64,000 bases of DNA from Lama glama. Lineage: Eukaryota. The DNA lies in contig CM052816.1 of NCBI GenBank assembly GCA_028534125.1, positions 28,212,001 through 28,276,000 of the forward strand, given 5' to 3'. The translations under genes were made by a program, and so were the position numbers. Below, in pieces: positions 24,430-38,447 of the stretch (the stretch's first letter is position 1; the number at the start of each line of letters is the position of its first letter). Below the pieces are notes generated by a model, which had not been told where the DNA came from, did not search any database, and saw only the letters and a list, made by a program, of their open reading frames with translations.

Positions 24430-24967
24430 TGTAATGGGAAGAACACATCTGGCTCCATATTAGATCTATTCCTTTAGCTCTAACCCTGTGCTCCGTTTCC
24501 CATGCTTAGTCATGCTGGTTCTGTACCTTTTGTAAAAGAATGTTGCCTATAGCCTGAAACAGACAGGATAGCCCATTCTCAAGGCTCTGGCCTTCAAGGA
24601 TTTAACACTTTTCCATTCATTTAGAGAGAAAAGTTGCAGAACAGAGAATAACGTTTATCTGGGAGGGTTACAGGAACATCATGACCTGATCTATATGGAC
24701 AGCTAAAAGGACAAAGGATTCTGACACCAAGAAGTTTGCAACAACCAACCAAACTCCCTTCCCTTTTTAGTATAAAAGGAGACTGAATTCTTACCTGAAT
24801 AACACAATTCTCTAGAATATTAGTCCCCCATCATCTCTGTATGCTGGCTTTCCAAATAAAGTTATTTGGAAAATAAAGAAATAATTGTTATTTCTTGCCC
24901 CAATACCTCGTCTCCCAATTTACTGGTGTGTCATGTGGTGAGTAGAGTGAGTTTGGAGTAGGTTACA
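24430..24967 (+). mobile_element. Complete solo LTR, ERV1 class
   Basis: TGTAA...TTACA termini, 4-bp TSD CTGG (24426-24429 / 24968-24971), TATAAAA at about 24771, AATAAA at about 24855. Confidence 0.88.
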
Positions 24968-27900
24968 CTGGAACTGAGAAATTGATTTGAAATCTATTGC
25001 CAAACGATTGACAAAAATCACTGTATTTAAATAAGTACAGGGCAATTTCTAAAACAGATGTAACTATTAGAACTACAAGAAACAATACAAATATTACATG
25101 ATTCAATAATATATGTAGATAGAACTAAGAACTTGCAAAGAAAAGAATGAAAAATTATTTTTTGGTTAAGTCTGTTAATTAACTGTTGTTAATCTATTAT
25201 AGTCAAGTGTAGTAGTCAGAAGTCAAAGTATATCATTTATAACTAAAGAACTATAGATGTACTAACATATTCAACAGTTTCAAGAAAACTTATAGCAATA
25301 CAGTGTTATATTCTAGTATCAGGTGGTGGAGACAAGAAGAGAGGAAGAAGAAATTTACTCATTTTAACAATTCTCATTATAGAGAAATAATAGACATTGT
25401 AAATATTAAAGAAAAGGCCTTTTCCAATAAATGTGAAATTTTAAGAATTCAGTATTACCCTTCACACCTAAATGATCCTAGATCATAAACTGAACATGAG
25501 TCAAAAAATGTAATGCTGGTTAATTAGCAAGTCTTATAAAGTGATAGAACAGAGCTTCCCAACAAATGAGTCGCAAACACTATTAAGACGCTAATGGTTC
25601 ACAGGCATACTGAGATGTCAATCTCAACAGGCTTTGTGTATTCAGGAAGGGGCTGAACTAGACAGACTTCCCAAGGAGTTTTATTCATCCAACAGTGATG
25701 AGTCTCTTCTCTTTGTGCTAGAAGGTTGTAAAATATAATTTTCAATATATTTTGATGTAAGAAATAAAAGACACTCTACAACAAGGCATTGCATGAACAC
25801 GTAAGATAATTCTTACTTTTTTTTCTTTTCAGTTACTCACTCATATATAATTTTGTTGCCTGGCAATTCAATTTAGAAAAACTCTGGGAAAGCACTAGAG
25901 ACTATTAAAATGAACATCATTGAGGTAAATATAAACTTTGAAAGGAAGAAAAATCCGATAATTGCGGCAGAAATGATTTTAATTAGACATAAAGGAAAAT
26001 TTTCCTCACTTGCTGGGTTGCAAATAAATTACAGTAATATTTTATGGTGCTATGAAGAAGTAATATCTGTCTACAATGTTTAAATTAAAAATGGGAAGTA
26101 GGCAAATAATCTTACTGATTCTGACATTTATTCATTTTGATAAGACTAATAGTTAGTTTAAATGTCCCCTTCATATTGCCCCTTGAGAAAGCTGCTGTAT
26201 AACTGGATTATTGAAGGGGAAAAGAGGAGTGACACTAGATATTTAAGAATAAAATTCAGGGTACTTTTCTTTCAAGGGTAGTAGATTTAGCATCCTATTT
26301 AGAATATTTTACTTTCAGGACAGTTTGACTTCACAGTCCTCATTTTGTCAAATAATGCCAATAATATCATTATCACAGCCATCTGTGCTCTAACCCAGAG
26401 TCACCCTTACCCTCAACAGGCACCTGCTTCATGGTCGCAGAGAAGGCATTCCAAAGCCCAAGGGAGTATTTTGTCTAAGTGTAGGAACTACAGATGAGAG
26501 TACTAGATAATGTAAACTATATTTATGGGAATCTCTAAAATCAAGTTTGACACACATATTTTCAAGGAAATATTTAAATTTCTAAAATATTTCTATCAGA
26601 TTTTAACTAATAAAAATTTGGCATATCTCTATTATCTTTTTATAAAAACATAATAAATATTAAATATACTTATGAAAAAAGAGAGAGGATGTGAGAATCC
26701 CTTATTGTATTTTTTGTAGTGGAGGACAGTACATTATTGAAAACCATGCCTAAGAGAAGGGCTCATTATTTTTGTATCTAGTATCTTTCAAGTAAGTGTT
26801 AAATTCATTTTCCTCTCTAAAAATTATGCATTAACAAACTCTACATGTATTTCATGGTTATGAAATAAGTAACATGACAGAAACATGTTACCTAGAGTAC
26901 AATACACGGTAGGACTTAATAAGAACCAGGCAATCAATAGAAAAATTAGAATTTTATTCTGTTTCACATAGGAGAATTTCAATATTAATGAAAGAATGAA
27001 AGAAAAGAAAAAAAGGAAGAAAGGCAAGAAGGGGAGAGAGGGACAGAGGGAGGAACTAATTAAGTTATGTAACCTTGAAAGGAAGGGATAAAGTTACATA
27101 TGTCTACAACCAGAGACACAAAGTCATCAGGAATCAACTCCACAATCCTTCCCCTCTAACAGGACATGGAATAAGATTGTTGTTATTATTTTGGAATTCT
27201 GGTTAAAGTCCCAAATCTGAAGATAATGGGTATAGCAAGGCTTTAGATAACAACACTTCAGTTTCAAGAATGAGATGGCCAAATAGGTCCTTTGATGTTC
27301 AGCTCTATTATCCACCTTCGTATAATACAAAATCAAGCTAAGGTTTTGTTAGAGATCACTTGATTGGTCCAACTTTGGTCATATTTTCACAGTGGTTTGG
27401 GAGTATGTGGGGGGAGGTAGGTGAAAGGTCTGTTACCTGAAGAAACTGGATAGTGTTACAGGCAGGAACAGTAGAACAGCACCTTTAGTGGAAACTGGTA
27501 CAAAGTCAGGATAGTAGTGCCCAGCTACCCCCAGGAGAGGCCAGTAATCACCTACTCTTCAAACCTACCTGACTATGATGAGGACTGGTTCCAGTATGTG
27601 GGGTGAGACCAAATGTACATGAAGTGTACCAATACCATCAGGTCAGAAAATTAGAGTAACATGTTAAGTAGGTTTAACTCATTAAATTCATTTTCTTTAA
27701 AGGTATGTTTTTACCTTACCTCTTGGCTGAACTGCTTTGCAGTTCTCAAAAAGCATGCCTTTGAGCAAAGGTAAAACTGTTCTTTTGAAGTCAAAATGTA
27801 TAATGTACATGTAAAACTTTGGATACATTAAATGGTTTGTCCATAAACTGACTCAAACAAATACTGCCAGTGAAACATGATAATCTTTTGAGTGTGCTTA

Positions 27901-28031
27901 ACTTCACAGGTACATGATTCTTGGAGGCAGAATTAATATAGTTAATAATTTACTTTTAGCTTTTTAAGTATAATTTTTCTTTGGGTTCGCCTTCAAAAAT
28001 CTAACAGTAAGAGTCATCATGGAAATCATCA

Positions 28032-31000
28032 TTGTCTTAGTTTCAATTCCCCAAAAGCAGACACCAAGTTATGTATAGTACTGGACATAAGTGACTTATC
28101 TAAGTGATAAGAAAGAAATACAAATTGGTAAGCAGAAAAAAAGACAGAAGACAGAAAATTCAATAGGAGCTTTGATAAACACTGATATGGACAACTGGGG
28201 ATAGAACTGCCTCACAATTGCCCTACAGAGGCTTACAAAATACTGACCCTAATTGGTTGAGGGGGTTGTGGGTTTTCCTGGTTTAAATATCAGGCACTTC
28301 TGGGCTGCTCTTCCTATGGGCTGAGCAAGCTTCTAAAGCCACTGGCTGGCAAAAGCCCTAAGCAGAAAAGCAGACAGATTCTGACGCTTGCTGCCTGACA
28401 TGGAATGCAGCGTGCAGGGGAATCGGTCACGTAGTTTCAAGTAAATTCAGGGGTAAACTGAGAGGATATAGACTAAGGAATTACTAGCGCTTACTGCAGT
28501 CCATCCCTTAACTACCTAAATCTATTTATGCTCCATATTGCATATGTTTGGATACTGCTATTTCAAGCCACTAGCTACCCAAAATCTCTGAAAAACTTAA
28601 GGGTTAATAACAAGCTAAAGTTTGTCATTAAACAAGCTGGAGTTCTACTGCTCCAAGAGGTCCCAAGGCATTAAGTGACATTCAGCAACTCTCTTCTATT
28701 ACCAATTCTGGATTTCTTTTTCTCTGTTAGTACTTCTACTGAGCTAGGCTGTTTACCTGAAGTTGCCTAGACTTAGTCTCTAAGAAGTATGAGCCCCGAG
28801 TTATCTTGGACTGTTGGAATTGCACATTTTCCATTTTCACTGACTGCTGAAATATCAAAAGGCACCGCAGTGATTTCCAGCCTCCAGACATACTCTACTC
28901 TTCCTGCATTATCTATTAGCAACCCCAGGTCCCCAGGCCTTCATGATTATAAGTGTTGATTATATACAAGAGTACAATAATGACTTTCTTTCTCTGTCGT
29001 TTCTGTAAGAAAGGCTTATGTTTCTTAACTATTGAGGACATACACTGTTCAATAGTCAGTGGTTCAGTGTACACGGGACCCTGTAGAATACACACACTTC
29101 AGGCTCCCACCCAAACCTATTGCACCCAAACCTATTGCCCCTAGACGCTTTACTTCAGTCATCTCCAAAAAAATCCAACTTAGGATCATTCGTACCAGAA
29201 AGATTCAAAAAGGCAAGATGGCGATTCCTTGTCTTGCCTACTAGCTCATATACACAAGGGGTCCAAAGTAACCAGGTGGCAGCCATAGCTGAGATTTCAG
29301 TGGGACTTCTGAATGTTCCCTAGAAAAAAAGTTTCCTCTTTGGGGGCCAAGACCTCTAACCACATAGAGTAAAGAATTTCAAAGAAAAGAAGTAAAATGC
29401 CCCCCAGCGGGTCAACGGGAGTGATGTTAAGTGGGACAACGCCTGCTCTACTCCCTGCATTCTTCCTATTAAGGACAAAGTATAGTATTGAATATTTGCC
29501 ACAATTTATATACTACATACCTAAGGATGGACTTCCTTAAACTTGCAAAGTATTGCCTGCAATTTGACTTTTCAACTGTATCTTTTATGGTTTATTCCAA
29601 CACTTTACCACTTCAGCAACTTCTGAGTGGTATAGTAGGTGATAGAAAAGGTGGATTCCATGGTGCTAGGATCATTTCCATACTTCCACTGAGGGAAAGA
29701 AGGTCCCCTGATCTGTTTTAATATGTGACACCCCATGCTTACAGACTAAGTGCCCTATTTGGATAATGGTGCTGACTGGAGCCCTGTGAAGATGAAAAGC
29801 AAACCTATACTCAGAATGTGTCTTTTCCTGTTAAAGAATAAATACACGACCTTTCCAGAATGGAAATATTCAATGAATCTACTTGCCACCAAGGGGACAA
29901 TAGGAATTCCAGAGGAATATAGTGACAGCAGTAACTAAAGGAGCCTTTGTAAAAGGGACCCATGCTACTGCACCTACATAGGGCCTCTTCTCTGCCACCA
30001 AGGCTCCTTCAAAGAGTTTTAGGTTGAAAAAATTGCTCAGGTCCAGAAATTGGACAAAGAATGGTAACTTATTTATTGCAAAGCCAGCTCTCAGTCTCTA
30101 AGACATATATCCTCACTTTCTTCTGCTGGTACAGACTGAATAGTACCCTTGTGGGCTGCTCATTTATTTTTTCCCCTAAGGATGACATATTCTGTTAACC
30201 ATCTCCAAAACACCCTGCAGTCAAACTCCTCTAACTGCCACTCCTACCCTACCACTCTTTATGATAACTGCTTCCACCCAGCTCACGGAGGTTAAGTGCT
30301 CCCATGTGGCCCAAGGCCTGTTTTTTCAGGATTCCATCATCCCTAATGTTATATATGACCCTGTGTCTACCTTCTTGGCCTTTCCATGAACATCATCATC
30401 TGATAGGTTTTCCTGCCTCACACAGTATATCCAGTTCAGCTTGCCCACTTTTCTGAATCTTTTAATACTTTCTTCTACCAAGTGATTCTGCCATTTCTAC
30501 TTCACTTATGAGCCACCAGTTTTTCCACAGGTCCTTACCAGGGTATTGAGTCTTATATTCCAGGAGACTGTTTCCAAATAAACAAATTCAGAATGCAACC
30601 CCACTTATTATACTCTACTGGCTCCTGGTGGTTGTTTTGCAATTTTTATAGGGTATAAAATAGCTTAATCCTAGTTTAAGGCTAAAGGCCATAGAGGTAA
30701 GTGGGCTCTAATCTTAAGCGTCACACATGACTTTCAGGGCTGCAGACTCAGGGAGCTCAGAGGAATCTGAGAGTTCTTCATTTGGGGGACACCAGTCCAT
30801 TCCTATTTTATGTATCTGGGTCCTCTTTTTTCCCAACCATGGTCCTGAACTTAGCAAGTGAATCTTGACTCTGCTGAGAGTTTAACCTCTTTTGGGAATT
30901 ATCTTTTCTGATCCTTGGAACCTGGGTTTGAGTCTCAGCTTGCTATTCCCTCCTACTGCACGAGACATTAACTTCTTTGCAAGCTACCAAGGAAGACCTC

Positions 31001-31830
31001 AGGCTTTCACGTTTAGCTTGTAATTGGCAATTTATCTGTCTCAGTTTTTCCAGAAAAAAAAAAAAAGATTTTCCAAAGCAACAATGAAAGTGGATGTAGG
31101 TGTTCACCACAGGCTGTTAATACCACCCCAGAATAATGTTCATTTGTACTAAGTATCTCCTCCTCTTTGGTCAAACGTTACAGGGTTTCAGTTATCTCCC
31201 TATCAGGACCCCTGATGTAGTGTTGGAAGAATTCAAGGCTTTGTATTCCATCTACTTTATAGCTCCTCCATTCTTATAGTCAAATTCTGGGCCTACTTTC
31301 TAGCATAATCTTCTTTCCCACTTCAGGAGATACGAACATCTTTAAATGCTGCCATAGATGTCTTCTGGCTTTTAAAACATACTCTGAGTAAGGAGTTGGC
31401 TGCTCTGATTCTCTATTATCTGTCATCAAAATTTGGGGGGCAGTTAACAAAAGCCAGCAAGGCTTTCCAATCACTATTGCCCTTACATCTTTCAATTACC
31501 AGAGTTCTTACATAAGTCACTAATTATTCTTTCATCTAAACATTATCCCAATTTGCCACTCATGGGGTTCATGGCATGCTCACTGGTTACTACCACTCTT
31601 TCCACTTGCTACTGAAAAACATTCTGTGTTGCCATCTGACTGATGAGTAATTCAGTTCCAGAACACTATTCTTGGGCCATTTCCTGTACAATCACCATGG
31701 TGTGGGAGAAAGCCCTCAGGCAAAAGAGTAGAAAGATTTAGGAGCTTGATGTGGAAAAGCTATTATCCCATATGTTAACTGTCCACAGAAGTTACTCAAA
31801 GCTGAGCTCAAGTTATATAGTGTGGGCATC
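28032..31830 (-). mobile_element. Old, internally deleted ERVL-class provirus (LTR16 / ERV3-16A3-like)
   Basis: LTR16-like end tgtcttagtttcaattccccaaaagcagac at 28032 (LTR to about 28498), degraded ERVL-like internal sequence, and a second partial LTR near 31655-31830 sharing aaagccct..gca.aa. Confidence 0.7.
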
Positions 31831-34464
31831 AAAAGCGCCTCCCATAATCGTTTAATCATTTCTCTTTAAAAGGTAATTCTGATGGACTACTTGAACATAT
31901 TTGCCCTCTGCCTACTCCATAATTTTCCAAAGAGTACATCTAAAGATAAAATATACCAATTTGAATATATATACTAATAAAAAATTAGTAAAATTGAATA
32001 AAGGGGTAAAATCTAAATAACTATATCTGGGTTGAGAGATGGTGAACCTCAGTGGAGAGCTGAGAAAGAGGGAAAAAGAGCTACTTTCACCATTCTTATT
32101 CATTGTTTTGAGCCATTTTCCCCACCCCCAAAGTTTCAGTTTCTTTTTCAAGATAGATAGAAAGTATTCTAAGGCTATTAAGTAAATTTTAGAGAGAGAA
32201 CAATTCTATAATTAAAATAAATATCTTCTTACAGGCAGACGACCTTAAATCTATATGCCTATTATAATGATAGATTTTTCTTTATGATGATTTGATCAGA
32301 GAACAGTATTTAAAAGTGTACACAATCTTTTTTGAAATAAGTATGGAAAAGAGCTATCAGTATTCTCTACTACCTCCCTCTTAGCCATATATGCTATCCT
32401 TCTATTATGAAAAATGACATATACCTACTTTCTCAATTGATATTTCAAAGAAAAGTCCTTAATTATCAGACAAAAAAATAGTACACTTATATAACCTGTG
32501 TTTCATAAATTAACACGATGGAAAAATTAGGATTTATAACTTTTACACTATTTTCATTAACAAATAGCTTAAGACTGTAAGTGAAATGGAACAACATATA
32601 GCTAAAATTCAAACCAAAAAGGAAATTCACAAGCATGCAATAAAAATAAAAATCTTGCTTTCTAAAAATATGATTTTCATTAACATAATCTGTACAAATG
32701 TATTCCTTCACTTTCTGCTATTTCTTTGCATTTATTTTCTTCTGATTTCCATAGAAACAAGTTATCTCATACCAAGATAATTGTTGTCTCACATTTGCTT
32801 TGCTCACTTGTTGACTTTCCCATCGATTTTCCATCTGGCCCAAAACAATGTTTTTATAAAACTTTAGAGAAAAGATAAAAGGAAGCTTTTTCTGGACTTC
32901 TCATAACCTTATATGCCTATGTTTTAGTAAGTCTTCAATCAAAAGAAAAGAGGAAAGGATATCCAGGTTTAAGTGAAAAGAAATTATGAATTAGAGATGA
33001 CCCATCACAACTTTACAAGAAAAAAAAAACAGTTTTTGAAGAGCTGAAATATCTAAAAATGTGAAATGTGAATATTTACAACACAGACAACTGCTTCAAA
33101 ATTTGAATTCCCCTCTTGCAACCATCCATCAGTAACAAAAGACTTCGGACCACTCTTCTCAAGTGTACCTCCCATAAACCCATAATAAAGATGAGGCTAA
33201 ATCATTATTTTTATAAGGCATCACAACAAACCTATTACTTCTATTGTATAGATAAGAAAACATGCTCAGAAATAGGTGCTAAATAACTTTTCTTAAAGCT
33301 AGGGTTTCTAACTCTGTCTTTATATAGTACTACCTTCAATCTCATAATGTTCCTGCTTCTCACACATGTATCAATCTCAACTCTTTATCTCTTGTGCCCA
33401 TGTACTGTTTGTCTTTTTCCTTCCTTCCTTTGAATTCACTCCATGCACTAAGTTATCTTTCCAGGTGCTGCCTCCACAATAAGGCTCCTAAATACAGATT
33501 TCCCTCTGCTCTCTGGGAGAGTATATGAAACTCGGCTCTATCTATTGACATCAATCTTACACCATTTCTAAAGATAAAATCAGTTCACCTTTTGAAGTAT
33601 TCCTAACACCTTGATAAACTGTTAAATTTACAGCAAAATCCAAGGATTTTAAGATTTTTTTCTGAAGCATTTGCTGTATTATTGAACTCTCTCCAAAGCA
33701 TTTTTTTCTTCTAAAGACTACATCTGTTTCATAATCTGTGGATTCAAAATTACAAGTATAGTGTTAGCCCAGAGCTTGTTAAATATTTTATTTTAAAAAA
33801 AGCTTTATTGTGCTCGCTACTAAGTGCATAACAAAATTCAACTCAAAAAAATGCAATCCTTTTCTAAAAATTGACCCAATATTTCCTAGAAAAATTGAAA
33901 GCTAAAAATTAAAAGAAAATGTACGAAATCATTTTAGTGTCCTTGGAAAATTAGTTTCCCGATTTAAAATTTATACCTATAAGTAACACAGAAATTATTT
34001 TTAAACTGTTACTTCAAGCCTTTTTAAAGAAACAAAATTACCTTTTGTAAACATTTTAGTAATTTGAACTCTAAAAGTTAATATATATTGGGACTAGGTA
34101 AACCTCCTTACTTCTCACTTAAGCTGGTATTAGAAGACTTCCAATTTAGGCTTTTACTAAATGGGAAATGGAATTAGTAGGGGAATGAGTAACTGTGTTC
34201 TGGAATTTAATACTGTTTGAGTAACGTTCCTCTCATAAAGACTTGATAGAAAGACTTGAAGTTGTGTTCTCATGACACATTATGACTATTCACATAAAAT
34301 ATTGGGAAAGGGTCCTGAATAGGATTAAGAGTGATTAAACACTGTTTAAGATCACTAATTACTGGGACTACCCTCCTAAGACATTTCTTGGTGACATCAG
34401 TAGGCATAGAGGAAAAAAGTGAGAGGAAATAGTAGAAGCGATAGAAGGAAGGGAATTTACAACA

Positions 34465-37400
34465 CATAAGCAAAAAGAACAAAGGGTGTCACTCTTCATC
34501 CTATTATACAAAGGGTTAAGTCACAACCTGCTGTAGTCAGCCAAAGACAGTGCACCCTGAGAGGACTTCAAGGTGAAAGATAAGATTAAATATTCTGTGC
34601 TGTGGACATACAAGCCCCTAGATAGTTAAAAGCCTATCTAAGGAAGAATTCAATGATCCCAGATTTTTGGATTTTCCCATACATAGAAAAGCACTAAAAT
34701 CATTAACTTGAGGTACCTGTTCTTTGTGATTAGTAGTAAACTTTTACCAAGATGTATACTTAAATGTATGTATTTCCAAGCCAAAAATTCATACGTACAC
34801 ACACATACACACACACACACGCCTCTCCCCTACCTATTTGACGTAGTCCCTTCAGACCTACTGAGGGGCTCTTTCCTGGGCTCTAGTCTTCAGTAACATC
34901 CCCGAATAAAACTTAATTCCTAACTGTGTGTGACACTGTGCATTTTTCCTTAAGTTAGCAGTTTTGTGACTGAGGTAGGACTCAGAGAAGACTTTCCTTT
35001 TCTACTTTGCCTGCTGTGAGGATCCAGAGGCTTGGTACCAGCAAGGGTTCCTTAAGCCCATCTGCCTCGTTGAGTCCAAACAATTGCTTCAGATTTCCTA
35101 TCCTGGTTAAAAATCCTATGTTTTATTCAGTGGTGGAGAAACTCCTTGCTCTGAACAGTAGGGTTTTCCTAAACTTCAGGAAGTTTGGGAAAGAGGTACC
35201 TGAATTCTCAGTTGAAAGTCGCTGTAAGCAGAATTGAAATATTTATTTTTCCTCTCTACCTGATCCCTCTAGAATTTTGAAACTCTTAGTGAGTATTCTT
35301 ATTTTTATGCCAATAAAGTTCTTTGCATATGTTCAGTAAGAATCTGTTCTCCTTATAACCGATTCCTTTTAACAGATTGGAAATAATGGTTATATTACTA
35401 TGGCTTTGACTGGAATACAACATTTGAGAATATGCATAAAATCAAATATGTACAGATAATTTTAAAGAACTAAGGTAGACTTTATGGAGCCATAAAGGCT
35501 CTTTGAAAAACAACCTGGTACTCTGCTTAAAGGGTTCCCAGCAGCCTTATCAGGTGAACTAAGGAAGCCCATTCCTTGGCAGGTACAGGAATCTCAAGAC
35601 ATTTTAGGGATCTTGAGAAGGCAGGAATCCACTCAAATCAGTAGGTAAGATAGACGGAATCTGATGGCAAGTTCTTGGCACGACTTTCTTGGTCTTGAGA
35701 GGCCCGTTAAAGTTTAATCTGAGATTCCTTATAAAAAGTTCCAGCAAAGCCAATTTAGAAGAACCTACATGAGCAATTCTATTTATGTAAATGATTAGGC
35801 CAAGTTTATTGAAACCAGACTTACTTTGCAAATAAATTGGCCTTAATTAGGCAGAAATAAGGATAATTTTAGAGAAAAAAAATACCTCAATAATATACCT
35901 TTGTGGATAATACATCTTAGTTTTAACAGTATTTGAGATCTGGAATTTACTCACTTCCTAGGTAACTCCTTATTAACTACACTTCATTGTTGTAGGGTTT
36001 AACTGAATTATTAAAAGGACATTCTAAGCTTGTTTCTGAGATTTACCATAGCAATATACCTTTAGATGAAGATCAAATGCCCCATTATCTACCGTCAGAT
36101 TATATACACTACAAAAGATGTAATTCTCTCCAGCATAAATGGAAACTCCAGCATAAATGGAAAGGCCCTTATCAGGTACTATTAAGTAGCTTATGCAGAA
36201 CAAACTGAAGAGGGTTAACTCTTGGATTCATATTTTCAACATAAAAGGGCTCCTGTGATGGACTTGTCTATAAAGAGGACTACTGACCTCAAATTCACCT
36301 TAAAACAATGCTTAGAGGAGAAACAACACCTACACCAGGATGAGAAAAAAGATGACATCAGAAGTAGACAGCTATCCCAAGATACCAGACCTGACCTGTA
36401 TGATTATTTATAGTGTTTTCTCGATTTCTTGGATTTCTGCACAATGTATCATTTTTTTTTCTATTATGGGCATAATCCTATGCAAACTTTACAAACCAAT
36501 CCAGACTTTGGATTTGTGGTCATTTACCTATGTCCTTTCCATTCTGGTTTATCTTCACAGATTTTTCTTCTCCAAGGCTCTGAATGGATGACCTTTAGCA
36601 AATTTATTTTAGAAGTTCTAATTCTTTTCACTAGATGTGATCCCCTCACTTGGCCAATCAATCATACTTGCTCTGACCCTGGCCAGAGTGAATTTTCTTT
36701 TAGAGTTACTTAAGTTCAGTCAGCACAATGAGCTTAATTTCAGTCAAAGAATATAACTTCCCAGTTATTATGAGGGATCATCCTTCAGTTATGGGATGGT
36801 TTTATATGTTTAACATCAGGCCATGGTAATTTAAGTTTAACGCCCCCTGTGTTGGGAACAATTAAATCATACTAAAGATAATCAACCTAATAACACTAAG
36901 AAATTAGGCTGGTGCCTTTTGAAAAATGCCAACATCATTTTTCTTAAACACAGCAGCTCTATGAAACAGATTGGGTCAGATGACCGGATATATACTAGGT
37001 CATACCTTATGGAACTCAATGGCTTTGTGCCACCAATTTGTGGCCCTGGCTTCCACCAGAATGGATAGGAAGATACACTGTAGGAGTCCCTTGGGCTCAA
37101 GACCACACATGTTTCACTTTAGATATGATTCCAACAAATTAATCTTTAGTATAAGTCTGAAGGATCAGGAAATTTGTATTTCATTGAAGTATCTAGTTTT
37201 ATGCCTTCAGTAGAATTGGAACATAACTTGCCTACATCAAGATCTTATTAAAATTAACCCAACAGACCCAAAACAATAGTAATCAGGCTATTAGCCTACT
37301 GAATTCTGAGGTCTCTATATGAGAAAAGTGGTATTACAACATTGCATGGCCCCCAATATCCTTACATCTCAAGGATGCACCAACACCATAATTCAAACTG

Positions 37401-38447
37401 AATGCTGCATTTTATACCAGATGAATCTTCTGATGTAATACATTTAATGACCCACATGAAAATAGATTTCTGCCTTAAGAGATATACTTCTTAATCTTGG
37501 CAATCTTTCGCTCTTTTAAAGAGCTGGCTCTGGAATCTCACAGCTTAAATCTCTACTTATGACCATGTTAATGCCACTGGCTATATTAGTTATATCCTGT
37601 CTATTTGGCAAGATTGTTGTTTCTTGCATTATCCAATGTGTAACCAGAACTCTGATGAAATTAATGATGACTAAAATCTTGAAACAATTGATCACATAGA
37701 TAGTCCTATATAAAATTTTGTTAGTGCAACTCTAGCTAGAGGAAGAAACAACAAGAGAAAACATTTCCTAATCATAAAAGAATAGTAATACAGGTGATCC
37801 AGGGAATTTTTAGGTTATTAACAGGGCCTAATTCAAACAATGCACATGAATGGCCTATCAACTTAATTCTCTCCCTACCTAGGAATAAGTCTTCCCAGTG
37901 CCATAGGACAAATTGGTAATGAAATGTCTCCTAAACCTTGGTCAAATTTATGACTAAAAGAGGGGAAGCTATAAAGAAAAAGAGCAAAGAGTGTCATTCA
38001 TCATCCCGTTACACAAAGGGTTAAACCAAAACCCACTGCAGTCACCTATATTCAGTGCATCCTGAGGGGAATTCAAGATGAAAACTGCGGTTAACCATTC
38101 GTGCTGTGGATATACAGGCCCTTAGATAGTTAAAAGCCTATCTAAGGAAGAATTTCAATGACCCCAAATTCTTGCATCTTCCCATACATAGAGAAGCACT
38201 AAAATCATTAATTTGAGGTATATGTTCTTTGTGATTACCAGTACTCTTTCACCAACATGTGTGCTTGAATATAAGTATTTCTCAGCCAAAACATTCACAT
38301 ATATCCTGGCTCCTCCCCTACCTTTTGGAAGCAGTCCCCTTAGACCTACTGAGAGGCTGATTCCCAGGCTATAGTCCTCAGTAAGTATAGTCCTGAATAA
38401 AACTTAACTCACAACTTTTATGTTGTGCATTTTTCTTTAAGTTGACA
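34465..38447 (+). mobile_element. Non-autonomous ERV1 provirus: 5' LTR 34465-34960, internal region with env remnant, 3' LTR 37970-38447
   Basis: Two alignable direct repeats of ~0.5 kb, polypurine tract aaaagaggggaag (37957-37968), 4-bp TSD AACA (34461-34464 / 38448-38451). No recognisable long gag or pol. Confidence 0.92.
36400..37700 (+). pseudogene. env: Decayed gamma-type retroviral env
   Basis: Frameshifted peptides LPPEWIGRYTVG (~37050) and NQAISLLNSEVS-MRKVVLQHCMAPNILT-SQGCTNTIIQTECC..PDESS (~37280-37430), matching the heptad, immunosuppressive domain and CX6CC of TM. Confidence 0.85.

Noticed and set aside
36400..37700. Domesticated syncytin-like env
   Set aside because: Many frameshifts and stops, and no long ORF.
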